This document shows positions 37,691-45,694 of a stretch of 64,000 nt of DNA, piece by piece (within the stretch, counting starts at the first letter, position 1; each line of letters opens with the position of its first letter). The notes beneath the pieces are model-generated. The model ran no database searches. It was not told the origin of the DNA and worked only from the letters and a program-made list of their open reading frames with translations. The DNA is from a virus. Taxonomy: Duplodnaviria > Heunggongvirae > Uroviricota > Caudoviricetes. The stretch is taken from the IMG/VR virus record IMGVR_UViG_3300040781_000350; one strand, 5' to 3'. A program made the translations under genes and the position numbers.

Positions 37691-37849
37691 GAAAAGGTAC
37701 TCATCATATGCTGCCTCATCAGAAGCTTCATATTCTGCTTTATGTAGTGCAATTTCATAATCTGCTTCATCTCGCAGAAATTGCGCTGCTTCAGCTGCTT
37801 GCCATGTATCAATATATTGATCGCGATCGTGTTCTTCTAGATGTGCCAT
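37676..37849 (-). CDS. hypothetical acidic protein (57 aa, not in ORF track)
   Basis: ORF in the small-gene array. Hand-translated as MAHLEEHDRDQYIDTWQAAEAAQFLRDEADYEIALHKAEYEASDEAAYDEYLFGTSI. Its TAA stop lies inside the TATAAT of the next promoter element. Confidence 0.35.
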   Translation of the reverse strand: MAHLEEHDRDQYIDTWQAAEAAQFLRDEADYEIALHKAEYEASDEAAYDEYLFGTSI

Positions 37850-37870
37850 ACCAATATTATATCAGAGTTC

Positions 37871-38143
37871 CTAGAGGGAGTTACGTTTAATGCATCCTGC
37901 TTGGTACTGAAGACGATCTGTATCTTTCAACCAATTCGCAACGAATGTCTTGAGAGGGTACTCAGCATACAATCCATCTTTCCTTCCGCCGATGTGATGA
38001 AAGCCATAATGAGCATTCACATCAATACCTTCGCTGGTAAGAAAGTCAAGATGGGTTCCGAGATCCCATTCCGGATGAATCAGAGTGCTTTGAGCTACCG
38101 AAACTTTTGCTAAATCGAATGTCTGTATTTGCGTTTTTATCAT
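37871..38143 (-). CDS. hypothetical protein (90 aa)
   Basis: ORF in the small-gene array. Promoter element at 38144-38165. Confidence 0.45.
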   Translation of the reverse strand: MIKTQIQTFDLAKVSVAQSTLIHPEWDLGTHLDFLTSEGIDVNAHYGFHHIGGRKDGLYAEYPLKTFVANWLKDTDRLQYQAGCIKRNSL

Positions 38144-38165
38144 ACCAATATTATATCAGGGTTCC
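38144..38165 (-). promoter_or_regulatory. conserved early-type promoter-like element
   Basis: Example copy of the conserved promoter-like element found before nearly every minus-strand gene start in the window. On the plus strand it reads (acc)aatattatatcagggttcc. In minus-strand sense it is GGAACC-CT-GATATAAT-ATTGGT-ATG, an extended -10 (TGnTATAAT) ending 6 nt before the start codon. This copy reads ccaatattatatcagggttcc. Variants occur with 0-6 substitutions. Confidence 0.6.
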
Positions 38166-38259
38166 GAGATGTGATTAGCACCATACTAGCTGTTCAGCAT
38201 CAACATCTAGCTTACGAAGATACTCTTCACGTGCATATCGTTCCTGACGAGCCTTCACT

Positions 38260-38775
38260 TTACGATCGCGCTCTTCTTGAGCTAGTCGACGAGCTTCCTT
38301 CATCCTTAGCAACTTGCTCGTTACCAACAATGATCTCAGCTGCAAGTTCCTCATCGAGCGTCTTCAACCATGCTCGGAACTCCTCGCAATCTTCCTTTGA
38401 TGTCTTAACGACAGCCCATGCATCGTTAAAGTCAACACTCTTATCGAACTTTACGATATGACCAGGGCTGCAACCGCATGAACATCCAGCATTGCGTGAG
38501 TAATGAATACTCTTCACATCAGAAAGAATTTCCTTGATTGCTGCATTAACTGCACGATTGCACTTGCGAAGAACTTTGTTCCAAGTCTTGCACTTAAAGT
38601 CTAGATTATAAATCTTCTTTTCATTGAACCAATCATCTGCGATCGTCATCACACTTTCTTCCTCTTTAGGTGTCTCAGTGTAGATGACCGCTCGGGTGCT
38701 GTGTGAAGGAGCCCAACCATTGCGGCTCTTTGACATCATTTTGTTTCGAATTTCTGCTGTGGTGTTATTTTTCAT
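38260..38775 (-). CDS. hypothetical protein (171 aa)
   Basis: ORF in the small-gene array. Promoter element at 38778-38797. Confidence 0.45.
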   Translation of the reverse strand: MKNNTTAEIRNKMMSKSRNGWAPSHSTRAVIYTETPKEEESVMTIADDWFNEKKIYNLDFKCKTWNKVLRKCNRAVNAAIKEILSDVKSIHYSRNAGCSCGCSPGHIVKFDKSVDFNDAWAVVKTSKEDCEEFRAWLKTLDEELAAEIIVGNEQVAKDEGSSSTSSRRARS

Positions 38776-38777
38776 AC

Positions 38778-38797
38778 CAATATTATATCAGGGTTCC
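38778..38797 (-). promoter_or_regulatory. conserved early-type promoter-like element
   Basis: Copy of the conserved early-type promoter-like element, reading ccaatattatatcagggttcc. In this copy a TTGATC -35-like hexamer sits 18 nt upstream of the TATAAT. Confidence 0.6.
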
Positions 38798-38807
38798 AAT
38801 ACGGCGA

Positions 38808-39128
38808 TCAACCTGCGTCCCAACCATATGGCTTGCAAAGGAACGGCTTACCATCTACATCAACCAGATCACCTACTGATACGCTATACAGAGGACCATC
38901 ATCAGCTCGGAACTTTTCTTCGAAGCGAGCTTCTTCGCTGTCCATGTCCATAAAATCACGTGGCTTGTTTGTAGCTGTGAACACCCACTCAGCAGCCTTT
39001 TCCTGCTCGACCACTCCGTCTGGAAGATCATACTCAAATACTAAGTGGCGAGTTAGGTTATCGAGCTCCTCATCGGTTGCTCCAAATGCTTGGCGTGTGT
39101 CGGTTGGTCGGTATAATTTAATTTTCAT
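38808..39128 (-). CDS. hypothetical protein (106 aa)
   Basis: ORF in the small-gene array. Promoter element at 39131-39150. Confidence 0.45.
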   Translation of the reverse strand: MKIKLYRPTDTRQAFGATDEELDNLTRHLVFEYDLPDGVVEQEKAAEWVFTATNKPRDFMDMDSEEARFEEKFRADDGPLYSVSVGDLVDVDGKPFLCKPYGWDAG

Positions 39129-39130
39129 AC

Positions 39131-39150
39131 TGCGATTATATCAGGGTTCC
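39131..39150 (-). promoter_or_regulatory. conserved early-type promoter-like element
   Basis: Copy of the conserved early-type promoter-like element, reading tgcgattatatcagggttcc. The upstream flank CACATCTC is shared with the copy at 38144. Confidence 0.6.
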
Positions 39151-39159
39151 GAGATGTGG

Positions 39160-39339
39160 CTAGAGTCGAATCTTGATCATCTGTTCCAACCAAGCATGGA
39201 CCTCTTCAATAGTGTCAGCATCTTCTGCACCTTCAACATGATCCATAAACACATCCTCATACCATGTCTCAAAGCTTCCGCTCATCAACAGATTGTAAAC
39301 GCCTTTTGCAACTTCTTCTGTGGTGTGTGTATCTTTCAT
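39160..39339 (-). CDS. hypothetical protein (59 aa, not in ORF track)
   Basis: ORF in the small-gene array. Hand-translated as MKDTHTTEEVAKGVYNLLMSGSFETWYEDVFMDHVEGAEDADTIEEVHAWLEQMIKIRL. Promoter element at 39342-39361. Confidence 0.35.
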   Translation of the reverse strand: MKDTHTTEEVAKGVYNLLMSGSFETWYEDVFMDHVEGAEDADTIEEVHAWLEQMIKIRL

Positions 39340-39360
39340 ATTGATATTATATCGAGGTTC

Positions 39361-39690
39361 CTAGAAGTGATAGAGCGTTGAGCTCTTGTTGTCCTTATCG
39401 ATGCAATTCGTATGCCAATTGTGCATGTAAGCTGGGGTATACTTCTTGCGATGCTCATCGTATTTGTCTTTGCGGCAAATACGCACCTTACCGTAGAAAG
39501 TTCCTAGAGCGCCATACCCGCGATCCTTTTGCGTGACTTTTGTCTTGAACTGTTTGCGATTCTCTTTAAGCCAATCAGTAGCTTCCTTTCTACTCTCAAA
39601 GCCAAGATCGTACATGAGGTAGTTCGTATTGCGTCCAGTGATGCCTTCTGCATAGGCATTTGTATAAGTCATCCAAATAATATATTTCAT
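39361..39690 (-). CDS. hypothetical protein (109 aa)
   Basis: ORF in the small-gene array. Promoter element at 39694-39713. Confidence 0.45.
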   Translation of the reverse strand: MKYIIWMTYTNAYAEGITGRNTNYLMYDLGFESRKEATDWLKENRKQFKTKVTQKDRGYGALGTFYGKVRICRKDKYDEHRKKYTPAYMHNWHTNCIDKDNKSSTLYHF

Positions 39691-39719
39691 ACAATTATTA
39701 TATCAGGGTTCCGTGAGGG

Positions 39720-39974
39720 CTACACACCTGGCAGCTCGAACTTCACATACCAGTGTGATTGATTTGCGAGCGATGCTCCTCCTCGGAACGGCTTCCATTT
39801 ATCGCCGGTAGCAAGAATGATTGCTTCTGGGAAAGCTTTCCTTACTTTCTCCTCGAGCATCTCTGATGTGTACCCATTTCGGTAAAAGTAACCTTTGCGT
39901 ACTGTAAAGATGCCTTTGCTCTTGCTGACGTGGTTTCCGATCTTTTCTTCGACTTGACGTGATGTAATTTTCAT
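39720..39974 (-). CDS. hypothetical protein (84 aa), MKxIT N-terminus family
   Basis: ORF in the small-gene array. Starts MKITSRQVEEK. Promoter element at 39977-39996. Confidence 0.45.
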   Translation of the reverse strand: MKITSRQVEEKIGNHVSKSKGIFTVRKGYFYRNGYTSEMLEEKVRKAFPEAIILATGDKWKPFRGGASLANQSHWYVKFELPGV

Positions 39975-39999
39975 ATGGTTATTATATCGAGGTTCCATG

Positions 40000-40509
40000 C
40001 TAGATGTTGTGGATGATCTTACCTGCAATTTTGATCTTGCGAAGTGATGATATTTTGTAATCACGTTCTGGTATTTCCTTCTCGATGCCTACTGCTTGCT
40101 GAGTAGCTGTTGGTGCTGCTTTAGGCAAGAATGGCTTTAGTTCCGCTAGAGGAATCTCAACTCCAGTCTCCTTATCGATGTAATAAGTTTTGCCGTTCAG
40201 CTGTTGAGGCTTGACGCTCAAGTATTGCTCACCTTTATGATGAATGATGAAGCGATGTTCCTCATCACGAACACCCCAACGACGAGGCTTAGCTTTGAAA
40301 ATAGCTTCCTTCCCCTCACGTTCGAGCTGACGATTAACGCCTGCTTCGTAGTTAGTTCCGATCAAGCCGCCAACGAATGCAACCTTGATGACGCGTCCAA
40401 AGTATGGATTGTTCGTCTTGTTCATGCGAGGCTCGGTATGAGCTTCGAATGAGATTGGTGTAGTGCCATTATTGGCATTTTCGATGATGTGGTGTACGAT
40501 GTTTTTCAT
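40000..40509 (-). CDS. hypothetical protein (169 aa)
   Basis: ORF in the small-gene array. Promoter element at 40513-40532. Confidence 0.45.
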   Translation of the reverse strand: MKNIVHHIIENANNGTTPISFEAHTEPRMNKTNNPYFGRVIKVAFVGGLIGTNYEAGVNRQLEREGKEAIFKAKPRRWGVRDEEHRFIIHHKGEQYLSVKPQQLNGKTYYIDKETGVEIPLAELKPFLPKAAPTATQQAVGIEKEIPERDYKISSLRKIKIAGKIIHNI

Positions 40510-40530
40510 AATCAGATTATATCTAGGTTC

Positions 40531-40722
40531 CTAGACGTCCAGTCTGTATGCTGTAACTACTAGATCATCGATCTCACTCTCTTTCTGAGCAATTTGCTTC
40601 TCTAAATAAGCTAGTGCATCATCAGGTGCATCCTTATTCATCGCAAGTGTATGATAATATTCATGCAAGATGCTCAATTGTGCCTCAGCATGCTCCAATT
40701 TTTGTAGTGGTGTCTTTTCCAT
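40531..40722 (-). CDS. hypothetical coiled-coil protein (63 aa)
   Basis: ORF in the small-gene array. Start at MEKTPLQ. Promoter element at 40725-40744. Confidence 0.4.
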   Translation of the reverse strand: MEKTPLQKLEHAEAQLSILHEYYHTLAMNKDAPDDALAYLEKQIAQKESEIDDLVVTAYRLDV

Positions 40723-40833
40723 ACCAACATTATATCTAGGTTCCAAGACATGAAAGGACTCGAGCCACACCACATAACTCGAGTCCCGACCCCCTTGGGT
40801 CAACCACCTTTTGCCAACCACGGCACATGAAAA

Positions 40834-41049
40834 TTATTCTTCCGGTTCCTTAAAAATTTCGTCTTGCTCTCCTGGCAAAAGACCAGTCATAAGAAATTCT
40901 CGCTCAGTTGCATTGAGCATCGGAAAGGCTTCCTGAATCATCATGCCGTCTTTCCATTTTTTGTTGCACTCGAGAAACTCTTGCGAGCTAATATTGAGAT
41001 GCATCTCATTTGTTTTGCCTGTCAGTGGATTGGTTTTTGTGATCTTCAT
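40834..41049 (-). CDS. hypothetical protein (71 aa)
   Basis: ORF in the small-gene array. Promoter element at 41053-41072. Confidence 0.4.
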   Translation of the reverse strand: MKITKTNPLTGKTNEMHLNISSQEFLECNKKWKDGMMIQEAFPMLNATEREFLMTGLLPGEQDEIFKEPEE

Positions 41050-41061
41050 AATGTTATTATA

Positions 41062-41349
41062 TTACTGTTCCGTTTCAGCAAGACGCTCGTTATATTTTGC
41101 AAGAATATGATCTTCAACCCTCTTGTATGAACCCCAGCAACTTGATGGCACATGATTGTAGATGAATACAATGAGCTTTCTGAGCTCATCACTCTCTTGA
41201 GGACAATTATCATATCGTCCGTAAGCACCGAAGAGATCATTTGCAAGTACTGCATTGATAAACCCTCCTGGCTCATAACCATTCTCGATATAGTCCATCA
41301 TCGTCTGAGCAAACCGTTTCGGACACTTGTTGTAATCTATTTCAAACAT
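41062..41349 (-). CDS. hypothetical protein (95 aa)
   Basis: ORF in the small-gene array. Promoter element at 41352-41371. Confidence 0.45.
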   Translation of the reverse strand: MFEIDYNKCPKRFAQTMMDYIENGYEPGGFINAVLANDLFGAYGRYDNCPQESDELRKLIVFIYNHVPSSCWGSYKRVEDHILAKYNERLAETEQ

Positions 41350-41375
41350 ATATTATTTTATCAGGGTTCCGTCAC

Positions 41376-41612
41376 CTAAACGTTGTTCGGTCCAGTACCA
41401 ACTCGATCAGATACTTTATCGAGATAGTCATAAAGGAATTCAATTTGCGCTAATCGAGCGAGATCCATATTGTTATCGAGATTCGCTTCGCGTTCGAAAC
41501 TGTTGAGTTGTTCCTCGAGAGCTTCAAACATATATGTCATATGCATCTGACGCTCATCAGTTGACATTTGTTTGTACTTTGTAGTGTATTTAATTTTCTG
41601 TGCTTGATTCAT
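41376..41612 (-). CDS. hypothetical protein (78 aa)
   Basis: ORF in the small-gene array. Promoter element at 41615-41634. Confidence 0.45.
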   Translation of the reverse strand: MNQAQKIKYTTKYKQMSTDERQMHMTYMFEALEEQLNSFEREANLDNNMDLARLAQIEFLYDYLDKVSDRVGTGPNNV

Positions 41613-41638
41613 ACTACGATTATATCAGGGTTCCGAAA

Positions 41639-41917
41639 TTAGAACTCCTTCTTAAAGCTGATGCATGTGACTGTTTGGCCGCGCATCCATCGAGCGGAAC
41701 GATTGATCTCATGATCATATACCTCGAATGTATAAAGCTCGAATGCTTTGGTGAGCATGTCTTTGATCATGCGCTTTGCTGCATCATCGTAGTTACAATT
41801 CGTTTTGATGCGAACTGTTCCGTCTTTGCGTACATCTCGGAAATAATTTCCTGGTGTAACAGTGCGTGTTGACGCGATTAATACTCGAATGTCTCTAATG
41901 GTTGGTGCTGTAATCAT
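41639..41917 (-). CDS. hypothetical protein (92 aa)
   Basis: ORF in the small-gene array. Start at MITAPTIRD. Promoter element at 41918-41939. Confidence 0.45.
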   Translation of the reverse strand: MITAPTIRDIRVLIASTRTVTPGNYFRDVRKDGTVRIKTNCNYDDAAKRMIKDMLTKAFELYTFEVYDHEINRSARWMRGQTVTCISFKKEF

Positions 41918-42001
41918 ACTATTATTATAAGAAGGTTCCAAGAATGGAAAGCTGCCAGCTCTTTCGAACTGACAGCCCAAGTCGTTTCCGCCCTCCATTC
42001 A

Positions 42002-42514
42002 CTAACCGAAATGCGCTGTCAATACTTTGTTCATGCATACTCGAAGTTCCTTCAAGTCAGCAATCAGCGCATCTCGTGAGTAAAGTTCCAATACCTTCAC
42101 TACATCATGCTTGTACGAATCAAGCTTGCTTACTAGCGTAGGTTTGTCTTTGATAAAATCGTAGTAGTCACCATCAGCTTTGACTGTTCCGTCTCTCTCG
42201 TTGATAGCATACTCCATGTAATTACAGACCTCTTTGTCATAACCAAGTACTTCACAAACGGTGTAAATTCGCATGCGATGACTCAGATCGCAATCACCGG
42301 TAACAAGTTCCTTAGCAAGGTTGTAACCGGAACGTTTTGTTGGCCAAGGACCATCTTTTACATATTTAAATGCTCCTTCTTCAACTTCCAAATTGTTCCA
42401 GAACTTCCAATGATCGTATGGGTAAGTATTCTCCCATGCCCCATCGGAGAGCTGCCCGAGAATCTCATGTTCGAAAAGAGCTTTGAGCCGTTTTGGTAAT
42501 GTCAATATATTCAT
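42002..42514 (-). CDS. hypothetical protein (170 aa)
   Basis: ORF in the small-gene array. Here the promoter element (42548-42566) sits about 30 nt upstream, so this gene has a leader. Confidence 0.45.
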   Translation of the reverse strand: MNILTLPKRLKALFEHEILGQLSDGAWENTYPYDHWKFWNNLEVEEGAFKYVKDGPWPTKRSGYNLAKELVTGDCDLSHRMRIYTVCEVLGYDKEVCNYMEYAINERDGTVKADGDYYDFIKDKPTLVSKLDSYKHDVVKVLELYSRDALIADLKELRVCMNKVLTAHFG

Positions 42515-42579
42515 AATGTGTGCGGTTGTTATTGCTTAATTGCAACTATATTATAAAAGGGTTCCGTTCTGGCTAACCC

Positions 42580-42702
42580 CTAAATTGATGCAAGTAGCAC
42601 GATACCTAAACCGATTGCGAGGCCGATTAGCCAGCTACCTAGCAAGGCACCTATGCAAGTTAAAAAGGCGACAAATGCGAGAGCGTTTGGATTAATATTC
42701 AT
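42580..42702 (-). CDS. 40-aa hydrophobic micropeptide (putative, not in ORF track)
   Basis: ORF in the small-gene array. Hand-translated as MNINPNALAFVAFLTCIGALLGSWLIGLAIGLGIVLLASI, with one or two transmembrane helices. Confidence 0.3.
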   Translation of the reverse strand: MNINPNALAFVAFLTCIGALLGSWLIGLAIGLGIVLLASI

Positions 42703-42811
42703 AATGTGTTCCGTGTTCTAGATAATGTTTAATTGTTCCTGCTTCCTCTTCATCGATGCAGTGACTGATTAAAGGATCTATAATCATTTGTTCAATACAG
42801 GAACGTTCCTG

Positions 42812-42846
42812 TTCCAGTTCCGTGGCGGCGGCTATTACCCTTACTG
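42812..42846. repeat. perfect 11-bp GC-rich inverted repeat flanked by GGAAC/GTTCC repeat clusters
   Basis: GTGGCGGCGGC-tattacccttact-GCCGCCGCCAC. Upstream is ggaacgttcctgttccagttcc (42789-42811). Downstream is ctgttcctgttccactaaacgttccagttccagttcc (42857-42892). Confidence 0.7.
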
Positions 42847-42901
42847 CCGCCGCCACTTGTTCTATCTGTTCCTGTTCCACTAAACGTTCCAGTTCCAGTT
42901 C

Positions 42902-43240
42902 CTACACTCGTTGTGGATCGAAAATATGGAACACTGTCACTTGTGTGTTCCGCATAATATCACTCACATTATACTTCGGGTCATCTTTCAAGGAACTGAT
43001 GCCAAACCCTCGCAGGTATTGAGAGATTGCCAATGTGTGGCCAGCTGTAACAACTGCACTGACATTCAATCGTGATAGTTCCTCTACTACCTTCTCGAGG
43101 ATCGATAACGGAACAACCTTCTCGATCTTAATACGATACCGACCATCTTGATGACGATCATTATAATGAGTAACACAAGTCAAATCGACTCCATGTTTCT
43201 CAATTGCATTGCGAACTTCTTTATATGTGATGTTTTTCAT
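42902..43240 (-). CDS. hypothetical protein (112 aa), MKNIT N-terminus family
   Basis: ORF in the small-gene array. Start at MKNITYKEV. Promoter element at 43241-43262. Confidence 0.45.
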   Translation of the reverse strand: MKNITYKEVRNAIEKHGVDLTCVTHYNDRHQDGRYRIKIEKVVPLSILEKVVEELSRLNVSAVVTAGHTLAISQYLRGFGISSLKDDPKYNVSDIMRNTQVTVFHIFDPQRV

Positions 43241-43263
43241 ATCGATATTATAAAAGGGTTCCA

Positions 43264-43788
43264 TTACGCTGCAATCAGCTCTCTAACAATCAGCTTGCCG
43301 AGAGTTTCATGCTTCTTTCCGATCATGTACCGATCTCTGTTGATCTTGTTGAGCTGGAACCCTTTTGGTATGCGAGCTTTTTTCGCATAGATGACTCCTG
43401 TTTCAACATTCATGATAGCATATAAGAGCTTTTTACGACTGCGAGCAACAACATGTTCTGTAATATCTGTTTTGCCATTTGCAAGACGTGTAGGAGATGC
43501 TCCAATTTCTCTACAGATGCGCTTCCAACGATAGTCATGCCTGCAGCATTCACCATGACGATGATAAGCAAGTGCGTGAGCGATCTCATGCAGCATCGTA
43601 TCGAGAACCTCTTCCTCTTTACCAACACGGCACAATGTTTGATTGATTGCGAGAGTGCGATCGCGGTAGCGGCATTGACCGTATGTACGATAAGCACTCT
43701 TCTTTAGCAACCGCGGGCGCCATCCATGTTTGTCGAGGCCGTGCTGCTCAATTAACTTTCTGTACGTTGTTAGTGGTGTCATCATCAT
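43264..43788 (-). CDS. SprT-like zinc metallopeptidase domain protein (putative)
   Basis: ORF in the small-gene array. 174 aa. HEIAHALAYH contains the HExxH motif, with a C-x-H…C cluster downstream, in a SprT-like layout. Start at MMMTPL. Promoter element at 43791-43810. Confidence 0.4.
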   Translation of the reverse strand: MMMTPLTTYRKLIEQHGLDKHGWRPRLLKKSAYRTYGQCRYRDRTLAINQTLCRVGKEEEVLDTMLHEIAHALAYHRHGECCRHDYRWKRICREIGASPTRLANGKTDITEHVVARSRKKLLYAIMNVETGVIYAKKARIPKGFQLNKINRDRYMIGKKHETLGKLIVRELIAA

Positions 43789-44015
43789 ACTACGATTATA
43801 TCTGGGTTCCAAAAAGGCAAAACCATTTAAGATCATCGCAAATCTCTATAGAGGCGAGCCGCTAAGCTCGGGTTTTAACCCCTCAGTATCAGTAGGTCGA
43901 TGCAGTCACCTATCATCAGCTTTAATTTAAAGACGAGCTGGTTCGATTGCGTCTCCATCCGCGTTTAGGGTCTGTGATGGGTTCGACCTTGCGATAAATT
44001 ATTGTATCAGTGTTC

Positions 44016-44192
44016 CTATTCAACAACTGCTTCAATGCCATGATCAACTGCTTCACTGACCTTAACACCATTACGCATATGGTTAAGAGCAATCTGCTGC
44101 GCTTTGTTCATCTGTGTTAGTGTTAGCACAACAGCAAAGTCATTGCGTGCAACTTGTTCAATTGTCTGTAGGCTGGCGTCTCTAATTTTCAT
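44016..44192 (-). CDS. hypothetical protein (58 aa)
   Basis: ORF in the small-gene array. Start at MKIRDAS. Promoter element at 44195-44214. Confidence 0.4.
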   Translation of the reverse strand: MKIRDASLQTIEQVARNDFAVVLTLTQMNKAQQIALNHMRNGVKVSEAVDHGIEAVVE

Positions 44193-44261
44193 ACGGTTAT
44201 TATATTGTGGTTCCATGCACATATTTAATGTGAACAACCGATTAAATATGCATCCATAATA

Positions 44262-44519
44262 TTATCGATTAGTTGCGAAGCGAGGAACAAAGCAGTTCTC
44301 AACCACTCCAGTTCGGCGGTTCATGTTTGTGACAATACCACAAATGTCATGCATAAATTCAACTCGTGGAGCTTCATGTAAACGCTCCCAATTCATTCCC
44401 ATATCATCTGCATTGAGCAGATCCATGACAAGTGTCATGCGGTCAATTTTGATGCCCATCTCGGTGAATTCATCTTCAGCGCGATCAGCTACTTTGGTCA
44501 TTATTTCTAGTGGTCTCAT
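44262..44519 (-). CDS. hypothetical protein (85 aa)
   Basis: ORF in the small-gene array. Promoter element at 44522-44541. Confidence 0.45.
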   Translation of the reverse strand: MRPLEIMTKVADRAEDEFTEMGIKIDRMTLVMDLLNADDMGMNWERLHEAPRVEFMHDICGIVTNMNRRTGVVENCFVPRFATNR

Positions 44520-44540
44520 ACTCAGATTATAAGAAGGTTC

Positions 44541-45014
44541 CTACCTGTGCTTGACTGCTAATGTAACACTTGCATGATAGTTACAAGGCATGACCTGTAC
44601 GCTATGTACATTAACTGGCTCGGAAAGTTCCATCCATTGCTGTAATGCTGGAACTAAATCTTCATTTGGATCATCCCATGTACCTGTATTGATATCAAAG
44701 CTGATGTTCACGCTTCTAATTTCGCGATTAGGCTTAGGTAGTTCTATTTCCTTACCTTGTTCAAAGCGAAGACCATAGCATGATTGCGAAGCAAGAGCAA
44801 TTGCGATGTCAGCAACATGACCTTTAAATGTTCCAAGCTGCTTAGTAGTGCGACCTTCACAGTCACCTTCTGTTGTAACCTTCCATATACCTTCTGGAGG
44901 ACCGACAGTGTCTTGCATTTTGTTCCAGATATCACGCTGTCGTTCGACAGCACTATCTCGGCGTTTAAGTTCCTGAGCTAGCTGCTCAGATGTAAATTGT
45001 TTAAGGCTATCCAT
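44541..45014 (-). CDS. hypothetical protein (157 aa)
   Basis: ORF in the small-gene array. Operonic with the gene upstream (TAA-T-ATG junction). Confidence 0.45.
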   Translation of the reverse strand: MDSLKQFTSEQLAQELKRRDSAVERQRDIWNKMQDTVGPPEGIWKVTTEGDCEGRTTKQLGTFKGHVADIAIALASQSCYGLRFEQGKEIELPKPNREIRSVNISFDINTGTWDDPNEDLVPALQQWMELSEPVNVHSVQVMPCNYHASVTLAVKHR

Positions 45015-45015
45015 A

Positions 45016-45171
45016 TTAGCCTACGATCTTATATTCGTCGCGCATGCTATCTGCTAATGACATCTTGACCGACTTAAGAGTGATGCCCGGAACTTTGCAT
45101 AGTGCATATTCTTCACGTGCACGTTCGGTCACAAGCTTGTTAAATTCTTTCTGTGTGATGGTTGTTTTCAT
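45016..45171 (-). CDS. hypothetical protein (51 aa, not in ORF track), MKTTIT N-terminus
   Basis: ORF in the small-gene array. Hand-translated as MKTTITQKEFNKLVTERAREEYALCKVPGITLKSVKMSLADSMRDEYKIVG. Variant promoter element at 45174-45194. Confidence 0.35.
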   Translation of the reverse strand: MKTTITQKEFNKLVTERAREEYALCKVPGITLKSVKMSLADSMRDEYKIVG

Positions 45172-45195
45172 AAGTGGTATGTTAAGAGGGTTCCA

Positions 45196-45420
45196 TTATG
45201 GCTCTTTACGAAGAGATGGATGACATGTCTCATTAAAGCCTTCAAACCATGCAGCATTTTCGAGCTCATTTTGTTCGACCTTCTTAGTCATCTCTGGTGT
45301 ATCATGTCTTCTATGACCTAAACGAAATGGTCCACCTGGTGTGTAATCCCAGTTCTCAGAACCATCAAACTTAAGACCGGTCAGGCGACCATCTTTGTAT
45401 GCTTTAATGTTTGATTTCAT
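45196..45420 (-). CDS. hypothetical protein (74 aa)
   Basis: ORF in the small-gene array. Variant promoter element at 45424-45444. Confidence 0.45.
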   Translation of the reverse strand: MKSNIKAYKDGRLTGLKFDGSENWDYTPGGPFRLGHRRHDTPEMTKKVEQNELENAAWFEGFNETCHPSLRKEP

Positions 45421-45446
45421 GTCGCTATGTTAAGAGGGTTCCAAGA

Positions 45447-45641
45447 TTAATCATCACCGAATAAGTTGTCATTGTCCCATTGATCACAAGCACGAACTAG
45501 ATCAGTGATGACCTGCTCACGACCAACATTGAATGCGAAGCGAATGAATGTTAAACACCCATGATCATATACACCTGGTATGTTCCGGCCGCGTGCTTCA
45601 GCGAGTGATTCGATTGCTTGTTCGTATGTGATTGTTTTCAT
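45447..45641 (-). CDS. hypothetical protein (64 aa), MKTITYE N-terminus
   Basis: ORF in the small-gene array. Start at MKTITYEQAIE. Variant promoter element at 45642-45662. Confidence 0.45.
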   Translation of the reverse strand: MKTITYEQAIESLAEARGRNIPGVYDHGCLTFIRFAFNVGREQVITDLVRACDQWDNDNLFGDD

Positions 45642-45678
45642 GCCTCTAGTATAGAGAGGTTCCAATCCAGCTCAGAAC

Positions 45679-45694
45679 GGAACAGTGATATAAT
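45679..45694 (+). promoter_or_regulatory. promoter-like element in plus-strand orientation (P1) at the edge of the noncoding region
   Basis: GGAACAGTGATATAAT read directly on the plus strand. This is the same element as the minus-strand family but inverted. No ORF follows it. Confidence 0.5.

Noticed and set aside
38833-39381. 182-aa plus-strand ORF antisense to the small-gene array
   Set aside because: It is Ser/Arg-rich, spans three minus-strand genes and their promoter elements, and has no start signal.
42692-42880. ORF 42692..42880(-), 62 aa
   Set aside because: Its N-terminal two thirds (EQEQIEQVAAAVRVIAAATELEQE) are the translation of the GGAAC repeat and GC hairpin cluster. Only the last 31 codons (42692-42785) might be a real micro-ORF.
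43930-44000. tRNA-like T-arm strings (ggttcgattgc, gggttcgacc)
   Set aside because: No acceptor, D-arm or anticodon-arm complement can be built around them. Similar checks at 35420-35500 also failed. No tRNA gene is claimed in this window.
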